DNA of 60,434 bases, filler included, from Fonticula-like sp. SCN 57-25 (Eukaryota), in assembly GCA_001724245.1 (NCBI GenBank). It is 5 parts of 5 records of this genome, joined end to end, with 100 filler letters (N's around TTAATTAATTAA, not from the genome) between each part and the next. Parts side by side here need not be neighbours in the genome. Positions count along the whole stretch, not along the records: positions 27,590 to 38,351 come from MEDX01000218.1; positions 38,452 to 49,172 come from MEDX01000219.1; 3 more parts are not named here. One strand, given 5' to 3'. The number at the start of each line of letters is the position of its first letter. Position 1 is the stretch's first letter. A program made the translations under genes and the position numbers. The notes beneath the pieces were generated by a model. The model ran no database searches. It saw only the letters and a program-made list of their open reading frames with translations, and was not told where the DNA came from. This document shows, one piece after another, positions 35,953 through 46,320 of the stretch.

Positions 35953-38349
35953 TTAGTTTTGGGCGGGAGACGGCGTCCTCGACTTTGACAAGAGGATGCC
36001 GAGATCTGTAGAGATGGGGATGTTAACCTTGAACTGTGAAATCTCGTGCAACAGCTTCTGGTGCGCGGCTTGCCCCGTAGTCTCGTGGAGAGCGACGCTG
36101 TTTGCGCTGAGCACAAAGCTGCGCCCGCGCGACATGGAGCGCGACAGCCGCTTCTTGTCCTCTGGCTTGTCGGGCGTCACCTTGAGAATGTCCCACCGCG
36201 CGAGCACGTCGACTGCGCGCTGCAGGATATCGAGGGAGCACGACTCTGCAAAGGGGAACACACCGGCGTGGTACTGGGCAAGGGCGTGCTGCTGCACGCG
36301 GGCGACAAACTCGGGCCCCTTCACGGCGCCGTCCTCGAGGGTGCCCAACAGGTCGAGCACGATGCAGTACGACTCGATGACGGGCCGGATAAGGATGAGG
36401 AGCAGCTGCGCGAGCTTGGAGTTGCCCACGTCGCCGACCTTGAGCATCACGAGGGGGTCGTCGGGCGCCGAGGCGACGACGATGAGACCCTCGGACTCGA
36501 GCAGGCGGAGCGCGCGGTTGAGGAGGCGCATCGTGTGCGGGTCGTTGTACAAGAGGTACTCGGACTCTAGGATGTTGCAGAGCATCAGGACGCGGGCCTT
36601 AAGCTCCTCCTCGGCTGCAGAGGCGCGGGTCAGTGCACAGAACCAAGGAAAGCGAGGCGCGTACAAAAGGACTCGCCCAGGCTGAGCGCGGCGGTGAGCA
36701 GGACCGACTCTGGCACAAACACGTGACAACTCTGGTTGGCGAGGAACGACACGTGCAGGCGGTCGGTGAGCTTGAGCGACATCTGGACAAAGCCCGTGTT
36801 CATCTCATCGCCGGTGAGGTTCCGCTCAAGCTGCCGCAGCGCGTCCGAGAAGGAGATGATGAGGCCGCGGTCCATAAACTGGCTCGTCGCAAAACCGCGC
36901 TGCGTCATGAGCGAGCGCAGCCACTCAAAGTCCTGGAAGAGGGCCTGGCGGTGCGCGCCGTTGCGGTACACGGTGGTCAGCAGCAGCGCAATCACGGAAA
37001 CGTCAGAGACGCATGCGACATCGCGCGCGTGGCGCAGGGCAAGGCTGCCAAGGTCCTGCACAACGCTGGCGGACGCGACGACGAGCTCGCTGACGGGTAC
37101 GGTCGGCGCCTCGGGCGCGCTGCCAACAGCAATCACATCACGGAGCGACAGCGTCGGGCGCTGTGACGTCGCGTGGCTGTAGTGCAGGCGCAGGAAATCG
37201 CGCACGGAAATCGGCTCACCAAAGCTCACGTTGACGTGGCCGTGGTTGTAGCGCAGGAGGCGGATCGTGGACAGGATGGTGGACCAGAACGACTCGGTCA
37301 CCTTGGGCGTTCCGAGCAGCTCGGCGGGGAAGGAGGACTCGGGGATCGAATCATACGAAACGCCCACGGGAACAAGAAGGGCGTCCTCAACAAAGTCATA
37401 GGCAACAGCGTCAACGACGGCGGAGAAGAGACCCATCTTGGGGGGCAGCGGGCGGCCATTGCGCGCGCGGCCACCCTCAATAAAGATCTCTACATTCGAG
37501 CGGTCAAGAAGCGCCTAGCAAACAGATGTGTAAGCGCTCGTCAAGTAAAAGGGCGTCATTGCGTACCTGGATAACATACTCGCGAAGCAACGTCCGGTAA
37601 ATGTCATCGGACGGGTCGCTGCGCCTGCGAATGAAGAACGCATTGTGGTACCGCGCAAGGCGGCCAAAGAACGGGATATTCAGATTCTCGCCTATACCAG
37701 CAGTGAGCAAAGGCCACATGCGCTGCAGAAATATAAAAGCGCGCACCTGCCGCAATGTGCGGGAGCTTGATGTCGTAAATGTAGCAGAGGAAGGACACGA
37801 GTATGTAGTCGAGATGGGTCTTGTGGGTCGGTAGAAAGACGAGCGGCTTGTCGCGGGGAAGGAGCGCAAGCTGCGCCTCGTTGATCGTAATGCCGTTGTA
37901 CGTCCGAGAAAACACATGATACAGAACCCAGCCACTGTGGCAATGCAGAGTTAGCTCAATGGCTAGGAGCGCTGGCGCGGTCGATCGTACCTAACGCGAA
38001 GGAGGCCGCGCCACACACCGCCCGCCATATCCCGCACGAGCCTGGTGGCCTCGGACCGAACGACGGCGAGCACACTGTCGATCGACACGGCACTTCCGAT
38101 TTCCTCGTGGCGCCGCTCGGCGGCCTCGATGACGGCACGCTGCGTGCGCTCCGAGTGGATCACGCTGTCGTTCAGCGGCCGGTAATGGTACGCATTGCGC
38201 GGAGTGAGAGTAAGGCGAAGTGCGGGAAACCACGGCAGACGACGCCACGACGGCGGCATCAGCGCGTTGCGCCATACCTGCTCCGCGTCGTGCGGGACGC
38301 GGTGCGACGTGGGCACCCACGGCGAAGACGGTGCGACCACCGCCGCCAT
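35953..38349 (-). CDS. Glycerol-3-phosphate acyltransferase (GPAT1/PlsB/DHAPAT family), multi-exon
   Basis: FLPTHKTHLDY, AGENLNIP, AFFIRR, FIEGGRARNG, LLVPVGVSYD; no C-terminal PTS1. Confidence 0.9.
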
Positions 38350-38351
38350 CT

Positions 38352-38451
38352 NNNNNNNNNNNNNNNNNNNNNNNNNNNNNNNNNNNNNNNNNNNNTTAAT
38401 TAATTAANNNNNNNNNNNNNNNNNNNNNNNNNNNNNNNNNNNNNNNNNNNN
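38352..38451. other. Artificial contig linker
   Basis: N-run + TTAATTAATTAA + N-run. Confidence 0.97.
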
Positions 38452-38701
38452 GTCCTTGGCGGGCGCCACATTTGCGTTCTTCCAAAAGACACGCACTAGC
38501 GCTTTCTTGACTAGAAGCACGGTCGTTAGCCATCGACGCGCTTCCATCTCACAAGCGAGTGCGTACATGCCTCATCGGCCTGAAGCATGCGCGTGGCACG
38601 CATCATGGCGCCGGAAAGGATCAGTGAAAATAAGCGAAATCAGGCGAAAATCAGGCGGTGGTAACGGTGACAATCGATCGTGACAGACCACCGCCACAGG
38701 C

Positions 38702-39403
38702 ATGTCGGACGGATCGCATGACGAAGCACGCGCCACGGCGGATACGCCAGCCGAGACGACCCCACCGGCCGAGGCCGCCTCGCCTCGCACCATCCCTCGC
38801 GTGCCCGATACGGCGTTCTCTTCTCTTTCGATGCTAAATATCCCGATCACGCCTCTGCGTTTTACGGCGGTGTGGACCGTCGTCGGGCTCTCCCAGCTCG
38901 CACTCCACACGGTTGGGCCGTACGGGCAGCGCGCGCGCGGCGACGTTTACTTTTCGCTCGAGAACCCGCTTTTCAAGACGTTTCTGCTGACGTCAACTAT
39001 TGTCCTCGTCAAGATGCTGCTCGCCGGGTTCTACACGGTCTCGTCGGCGGTGAGCAACAACTCGACCGCCGAGAGCCCCGAGGACTTTAACACGGGCGAC
39101 GTGCGGTTCCCCCCCATGAAGCTCGAGGACGACCACGAGCAGGCGCGTCGGCGTCGCATTCTCCAGAATGACAACGAGATCGTTCCGGCGGCGGTGCTGC
39201 TCGCCTTCCTCATGCTGCTCACCGTCCCGAACCAGCAGGCAGCGCGCGTCTTCATGTGGTCATTTGTTTTCTCGCGGTGCATGTACACGATATGGTACGC
39301 CAACGGAGGCTCGCACTTTGGGCGCTTCCTCTTCCACACGCTCGGAGTGTGGGCCGTCATCGGCTACGTCTTTCAGATCATGCAGTTTGTCATTCATGCG
39401 TGA
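38702..39403 (+). CDS. MAPEG family protein (MGST1/PTGES-like)
   Basis: LVKML, SPED, RRRRILQNDNEIVP, FVFSRCMYT, four TM segments. Confidence 0.8.
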   Translation: MSDGSHDEARATADTPAETTPPAEAASPRTIPRVPDTAFSSLSMLNIPITPLRFTAVWTVVGLSQLALHTVGPYGQRARGDVYFSLENPLFKTFLLTSTIVLVKMLLAGFYTVSSAVSNNSTAESPEDFNTGDVRFPPMKLEDDHEQARRRRILQNDNEIVPAAVLLAFLMLLTVPNQQAARVFMWSFVFSRCMYTIWYANGGSHFGRFLFHTLGVWAVIGYVFQIMQFVIHA

Positions 39404-39526
39404 GCGGGCGAATGGCCCCTGTACAGTTTCAGTATCGTCTTGTGCATCATCACTGTGTATTTTCAGCGTATTATGAAACATTAATTTACACATTATAAAT
39501 ACAATAGACTATTTATCAAAATTGTT

Positions 39527-42500
39527 TTAGACCCTGCGCTCGTCCGGCGGTGCCTCTGTAATGCAGCACAAAGTGTAAAACTCGCCCGTCCCATCCTCGG
39601 TCGTATCCCGATAGAAATCCATAATCTCACGCGTGGCGCGCTCTTCGGTCTGAATGCGCGCAAGCGGCTTCCTGATCACCTTTCGCCGCTGCTCGCTCTG
39701 AATATCCCGCAGCGACGGCCGCGGCGGCGAGGCGGGCACGATCGGTTGCGCCGTCAGCGGAACCGCCTGCGGCCGCGGGATGGCTGCCCACGTGCGTGGC
39801 GGCGACGGCGATGCGTGCGGCTCGGGCCGCGCGCCCTTTCCACCGCGAACAATCACCTGCGCATTCCACATGGGCGGCGAGTTCTGCGCACGCGGCGGCG
39901 CCTTTGTCTGCGGCACTGGCACCGGTCGCGGCCTCGAGCTGCTCGCAGCCCGCTGCTCATTCATAATGTCAAGCAGCGAACGCGCAGGTGGCGACGCGAC
40001 GGGAGGCGCCGGGGCGCGCGCCAGTGACGGCGGACGTTGTGGCGCAGACTGTGGCGCAGACGGCAGCGGCCACTGATCCGCTGGTGGTGACATCGGCATC
40101 GGCCTTGGCGGCGTCACTGATGGCGACGGCGTCGCCTTTGGCCTTGGCGGTGATTGAGCCGTCATCGGCCGTCGTTGCGCCGCCACCGCGGCCGGCTGTA
40201 CTGACGTCATCAGCGGCACAGTCTGCGACGTCTTCTTTGAAGAAGCAGTTGTCGGCCCCGGCGCAGCTTTGGCGAGCGACAGCGGCGACTTTGCCGGCGA
40301 GCGCCTGGCCACATCGGCCCCCGCGGCGAGCCTGTCGTCAATGACGTAATACTCGACGTCGTCCGCGCCGCTGCCAAGCTCAGCGTCGGACCATGCTTCG
40401 TCGTCGTTGGCCGCACGCAGGGTCGCCTGCGGGACGACGCTCTTTTTCATAAAGGCAGTGAGGTCGTCCAGCATCGCCGGCGGCATGTCATCCAGCAGGC
40501 GCGTCTCGAGGGCCGCGTCAATGTTGCATGCGGCGAACCGCACGCAATAGTCGCGGAGGCCGTCCGCTTCAACCTCGTCGGCGAGCGCGCGCGACTGAAA
40601 GAGGTTGATCAAGGAAAGGTTCTCTTCGAGGTGTGCCTCGGCGGCCGCAAACATCTCGCGCACGCGGAGATAGTCGGCAAGGATAAGAATGTCGGCAATG
40701 TGGCTGTGCGCCGCCGTGCGGTCGTGCGGAATTGCGTCGTGGCAGGCCGCAAGGGGAGTCTCGCCGTACACAAAGAGCAGCACGGCGCGCAGCGCAGCAA
40801 GCGGCGCCCAAGACAGATCGACGACCGCGCGAACGCCTACCGCAGCGTTAATGCCAAAAAATGGATCTCATGCTCACGTACGGTCATCGTTTGCCGACGT
40901 TTGCGCGCCTCTCTCCTGCCAGCCGACCTCGTCCGCAAATAGAGACGCAAAGTATGGCACGCGCGCCGCCAGGAGCGCCCTGTGCGCGCGGAACCGCCTT
41001 CCGGACAGACCGACAATTTCGCAGTCGGCCGAGGACGTCGCGTGCGACGCCTGGTCAAGGCACATTTCGCGCAGGCTGTCCCACACCGGCTGCCTCATAA
41101 AGTCGTCCTTTTCAAGCGAGAATGCCTCTGCGACCGCCGCGTGCGCCGCGGCCGCCTCCTTCCACGAGTGAAACGGCAACGCAAAGGAGCCTGTGTAGCA
41201 CCACTGGACGAACGCGGTCATCAACAGCGGCGTCACGGCGGCCGACAGCACCTCTACCTCAACGCAGCCGCCCGCCCTTGTGCACTTGAACCCGCGGTGG
41301 CCAACGGTGAGCGCCTGCTTGAGCGCCGCGCACCGCTCCGCCAGCACCCACATGTGCGCGGCCGAGCGGCCCTCGCCGCCCCTACAGCACAGCACAACGT
41401 CTGCCCCGGCGGCGCCGCTCAACCCCCGCGTCTCGGCATATAGACCCGATATTAGCTGGCTGAGCGGCGCCGTCTGCAGATCCGCCGACGAAGCGCCTTC
41501 CTGCGCGGGGCGCGACGAGCGGCAGAGCGCCAGAAATGTTCCCTTAAAGCACGCGATCCGCTTGGTGCGGTGAAGGTGAGGGATGCGGCGGTATGCCGCC
41601 GAAAGGCCGCGCGACCCCGCCCACGCGACCGCCGGCGACGTGATGGCCACCTGCGCGTAGTAGGCCGCGCCGGACGCCGTCCCGATGGCGAACTCGTCGA
41701 TGCCGATGGAGACATCGACAGCGGCCAGTCCGCTCTCGCGAACGGGCCAGACGAGACTAGGGGCGCTGTCGCGCGACCACGCGACTACGCTCCCCGAGGC
41801 GAGCAGGGCGGCGAAGCAGCTATTGGGGCCGGAAAAGACACGCTCTATGGAGGGGTCCGCAAGGTGCGTGAAGAAGCGCTTGTCAAAGGCGGGCGACGAG
41901 AAAAGGCCCTTGCACGACACGGCAAGGCGCTTTGACGTATATTTTGAAAGAATTATCAAGGAAAGCGCGCCGCCCGATCTAAGCGCGTTTGCCGAATTAG
42001 CGCACAAAACCAAAAGATGCCCTGCGGCGTACGAGGCCAGGAGCACGGCGCTTGCGTCGTCGCCCGTCACGACTTGCTTGACTGTCGCATTCTCGCCAAT
42101 GCGCACAAGCTTGCGAGGCGACGAGGCGATCTGAATCACCTCGGGAAGACCCAGGTGCCCGGCATTCACCCCGCACGCGTACACGGCCGAGCTGCTGTAG
42201 AACAGCGAGTGGCGGGCGCCGGCAGCGGCACCAATAATGTCGCAGCCGCGAAGCCCTTCAATGAGCGTCGGCGGCTCCCACACTTCCTCCGCATTGGCAA
42301 TGTGCGTGCCCTTTGGCCGCGAGCGAAAGCCGAGCTGGCAGTCTGCGTTGATGCCAAAGCCAAAGACCGAGTCGCAGTCCGTCACAACGAGTGTGTGGTT
42401 CTTGGCCGCCGATACAAAGACGGCACGGTGATCCGCAAGAGCGCTCACCCGCGTGGGAAGAAGCTTGGCGGCCGTGTCGCCGTGGCCGAGGCGGCCGCCA

Positions 42501-43093
42501 TTGCCGATGCCGCAGGTGTACAGCGCGCCATTGTCGCACAGAAAGACGGCGTGGAACTTGCATAGGACAACATCGACCACGTTCTGCGGATCAACGCGCG
42601 CAAAGTAATCCACACGCTCGGGGAACAGTCGACTGTCCCCCGCTTTGTGGCCCACGGCAAGATTCGCATTGACGCCCCACGCCATGACCTCTGAGCAGCC
42701 GTCGCGGTCGCCTTGAAGCGGCGTCACCATCGATCGCGCAAGGTCAATCGGGCTATGGAGCTCGTGATCCAAAAGATCAACACGAGCGCCGCGCGCTACC
42801 AGCTCTCGGGCCACGCCGATATATCCGCGATAGATGGACGCATGAAGGGCCGTCCAGCCCGATTCTTCGTCTTGCCGATTCAGCTCGACGTCAGCAGGCA
42901 GGGCGCGGATCGCCCCAAGGTCGCCTAAACAACGCTTTAGAGAAAACCGATAAAGCGCAAACATACCTCGCCGCGCCGCACTCTGAAGTGTCCGATGTAG
43001 GCGCTCTTGATGTCGAGCCTGTTGCCGGGCGGGCGAAGCCGTGCCAGGGCGTTTGACCCCGGAGCCTCGCGGCGGCGTCGTGCCCGCCAGCAT
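39527..43093 (-). CDS. IBTK: IBTK-like ankyrin-RCC1-BTB protein, multi-exon
   Basis: ESGWTALHASIYRG ankyrin, RCC1 repeats (GGRLGHG), two BTBs (AHRALLAARVPYF), C-terminal KPLARIQTEERAT..I..FY. Confidence 0.85.
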
Positions 43094-43297
43094 CGTCGAT
43101 GATTGCAATTGGCCACGTGGGTGTGCATACGCTCCATCAACAGTCTCTGTGCCCGTCACCCATGCATGCGAGGTATTCTATGCTGAATTACATTCTATAA
43201 TGTGTCCGCGCTGCTTATTTTTGCATTGCATTGCGATACAGTATGGATACCGCTCATTCACAAGGTCGTCCCTTTTACTTTGTCGCTGGTGGTCCAA

Positions 43298-43431
43298 TTT
43301 CCCGCCAAAATCCTCAATCATGATTCATGAAAAATATGGTTAAAACTATCCCGTTGAATACTCTGAGAATGAACAGGGCAACTTTTCATCTTACCACAAT
43401 GCAATTATTCGTCTGATTTGGCGCCAAATCA
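43298..43431. promoter_or_regulatory. E2F-type sites in the IBTK/chromodomain divergent promoter
   Basis: TTTCCCGCCAAAA at 43298-43310; perfect 18-bp palindrome TGATTTGGCGCCAAATCA at 43414-43431. Confidence 0.6.
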
Positions 43432-43504
43432 AAACGTCGGTGCAACGACAACAATTCCCGCGCGCGCCATCCCCGGTTTCACACGTTGGCTGTGAAGGTG
43501 GGGC

Positions 43505-44920
43505 ATGGATCCCGCTGAGCTATTTGCGTCAAAGCGAGCGGCGGCGGCATTGATGAAGGACGCCGTCGCCAAGACCTCCCGTCCTCTATCCCCCCCGCCG
43601 ACGCCCCCATCCCCCATCAAGGTACCCAAGCGGTTGGCCTTTAAGGAAGCTTTGACGAAGAAGGTCGCTGAGCTGGGAAGCGATGGCACGCGTAGCCGCT
43701 CATCTATCCTCTGCGCGCTGCTGAACGATGCCATGCCGGTGTTGACGAGCGATACGACGTGGTCCGCCGAGGGGCTTAATCCTATTGGCGATGGGCCTAT
43801 GTCGTGTTTGAAAACGACCATGTCACCATCACGCCGGAAGCGCAGCGTGCGATTTGCCGACCCAGTGTACAGCGTGAATCTTCTCGACGACGCCGATGAG
43901 GATCGGCGTAACCCTTTTGTGAGAATTATTTCAAAGAGACGCACGAGGAGCGAGGCCGAAGACCCTTTGACCCCTCCCGAGCAGCTGATCTCGGCGCCAA
44001 GTGAAGCCGAGAAGCCCGTCGACAAGCAGCCAAGCGGATCGGCCGTCGTGGCGGCCGCGGACCACCTGACCTGGTGGGCAAAGACGACCCCGGTTTCAGA
44101 GTCCTCTTCCCTGGACACTTTCCTTGATCAGGTCGATCCCGACGTCGAGGCCGACAGGACGTCCGCCTCGAGCCCCGAACGGACAGCGACACACCTCGAT
44201 CTCGCGCAAGTTTCGCCGCCTTTTTCGGACGCTGTCCCGCCAAGCACAGCGACGCACGCGCCGCCGCCGCCGGAAACGACCGCGTCGCTGCTCGAAAGGG
44301 CGTGGCTGAACCTCCCCGGCGCGGTCAAGGAAAAGGCGTCGGTCGACCCCGCCCTGGTCATGAGCGCGCAAGGCCGCAAAGACGTTTTGGACGACGCAAA
44401 AGCCGTGTCCCCCGCCGCGGCGGGCGACCCTTTGGTGATTGTCGTCGATTCTCCGCCGAGGACGCCGGTCTCGCCGGCTGCGTTGCGCCCCTGGGCCCTG
44501 CCTGATGACTCTCCTCCCATGGACGAGGCTACCTTGGAAGACGACTCGGAGCTGGAAAGCGACTTGGAATCGACCGACGACGCGTCCTACGAGGCCGTCG
44601 GGTCGGCAGACTGCACCTCCGCCGCCTTGCCCACGAAAAGAAAGGCGCAAGACGACGCAGACGAGAGCGACGGGAAACGGCGGCGGCGCCATGCAGGGTT
44701 TCAGTTGCTGCCCGTCATTGAGATACCCGCCACGCCAACTGGGAGCCAGTATGAGGCCGAGCGCGTAGTTGACAAGCGCTGGGTTGATGGCTGTCCGTTC
44801 TACCTCGTCAAGTGGGCGCACTTTTCGAGCGAGTGGAACACGTGGGAACCGCGAGGCCGCCTTTCGTGCGACGCTCTCATCAGGGATTTTGAAGAGAACC
44901 GCAGTTTTGCCCATAGCTAG
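43505..44920 (+). CDS. Largely disordered protein with a C-terminal chromodomain and a PP1-docking motif
   Basis: YEAERVVDKR...YLVKWAHF....NTWEP with intact aromatic cage; SCLK...KRSVRFADPVY; single exon. Confidence 0.85.
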   Translation: MDPAELFASKRAAAALMKDAVAKTSRPLSPPPTPPSPIKVPKRLAFKEALTKKVAELGSDGTRSRSSILCALLNDAMPVLTSDTTWSAEGLNPIGDGPMSCLKTTMSPSRRKRSVRFADPVYSVNLLDDADEDRRNPFVRIISKRRTRSEAEDPLTPPEQLISAPSEAEKPVDKQPSGSAVVAAADHLTWWAKTTPVSESSSLDTFLDQVDPDVEADRTSASSPERTATHLDLAQVSPPFSDAVPPSTATHAPPPPETTASLLERAWLNLPGAVKEKASVDPALVMSAQGRKDVLDDAKAVSPAAAGDPLVIVVDSPPRTPVSPAALRPWALPDDSPPMDEATLEDDSELESDLESTDDASYEAVGSADCTSAALPTKRKAQDDADESDGKRRRRHAGFQLLPVIEIPATPTGSQYEAERVVDKRWVDGCPFYLVKWAHFSSEWNTWEPRGRLSCDALIRDFEENRSFAHS

Positions 44921-45127
44921 CGCTTCCTTTGCTTCAAGGAATCATTCCTGTCATATGTTCTGGTGTTTAAGTATAATGCTGTTTTTGTTCCTTTCTCATA
45001 TTTCGCATGATAATTGTTTGGCCTCTACGATGAATTCGTCGGGTGTTTGTGGCACGATTAAATAAAGACTCTTTATAATATTTCATTTTGGTTTGTACAA
45101 GAACTACGTATGGCCGCCCGCCGATCC

Positions 45128-46232
45128 TCACAATGCGCTAGGGGCCGGCTCGGCGACTTTGTGCTTGAGGTTATCGACGGCCGTCACGTCGAGGGGCACG
45201 GCATGCGTCGTGGTAGCCGACATGTAGGCATTCTTTACGAGGCGCGCTAGAGAGGTTGTCAGCATCGCGCTTTAAAAATAACAAAAAGACGTACAGCGCT
45301 TGTCGGCCTTGCGCGACGCAACGGTCGCCTGATAGAGAGCCGAGGCATTCTGCTCGAGGTGCTCGGGCGGGAACGAGACGCGCCCAATAGGGACATTAAT
45401 GTTTCCCTGCTTGTCGGTGCGGAACTCGCGCGCAAACTTGGAGTTGCGGACAGCCTCGCCGACGGCTTCCGTCACGGTGCCTAGCGGGGGCGTCGGTGAG
45501 TCAAAGTGGGCGGAAAAGGAACAGCGCACCGTTCTTGGGGTTGGGCATCAGGCCACGGGGGCCCAGGACGCGCGCAACACGAGCGAGCTGCGGCATCATT
45601 TCGGGCGTCGCAATGCAGCGGTCAAACTCGATCTTGCCTTCCGAGATCTTTTATAGAAAGCAAATTTGGTCAGTGTTCAGAAGCATCAACGTGGGATCGG
45701 GCGCACCGACTGGATCAGGTCCATGCCGCCGACCACGTTGGCGCCGGCAGCCAGTGCCTCCTCCGCCTTCATGCCCTACACGCAAACATTAGCAATGGCG
45801 CGAAAGAGGCGTGATCCTGCGTACGGTGGCGACGACGGCCACGCGAACGGTCTTGCCGAGAACATGCGGCAGCTGGGCGACACCACGAAGCGTCTCGCTG
45901 TAATTCAGACAAGAAAGAGAAAAGCGGTAAGCAAATGCAATCCAACAATCATAAATGCGACTCTTTCTTCTTCTCAAAGGCGGGATCTATTATGCGCACC
46001 CCTTGTCAAGCTTGCAGCAGAGCACCATGGAGACGGTCTCGTCGATAGTGCCGGGCGAAAAAGCCTTCATGAACTTGTGAGCATCGCCGATGCTGTAGAG
46101 CGTAGTCGCGCGAGCAGAGGCCTCGCGCGCCTTCCGCTGCGCGTCACGGGCCTTGGTGGCCAAACCGCGCGCAGTCAGCGGCGCCGCCACGGCGGCTACG
46201 CTCGCGATCCTCGAGGCCGTCACCGCCAGCAT
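45128..46232 (-). CDS. MRPL1: Mitochondrial ribosomal protein L1 (multi-exon)
   Basis: Targeting peptide, [40 protein letters not shown]. Confidence 0.9.
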
Positions 46233-46320
46233 CGTGCACACCTCGAAATTGATGACCATCAGCGAAAATCGCTCATGATCATCAACGGCTCTTTCAGTGA
46301 TTTTGAACCGCGCGCGCCAA

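Noticed and set aside
35953-38349. Peroxisomal DHAPAT (GNPAT) call
   Set aside because: C-terminus SPAQN is not a PTS1 and motif I (HKTHLD) fits GPAT better; left as a family-level call
38452-38533. Possible first exon (MANDRASSQESA) of a minus-strand gene at the contig edge
   Set aside because: Too short to support
43320-43416. Possible C/D snoRNA with two CTGA boxes
   Set aside because: No good C box and guide complementarity is unverifiable; better explained as promoter sequence
43505-44920. Chromodomain as a chromovirus retrotransposon remnant
   Set aside because: No integrase, RT, gag or LTRs nearby
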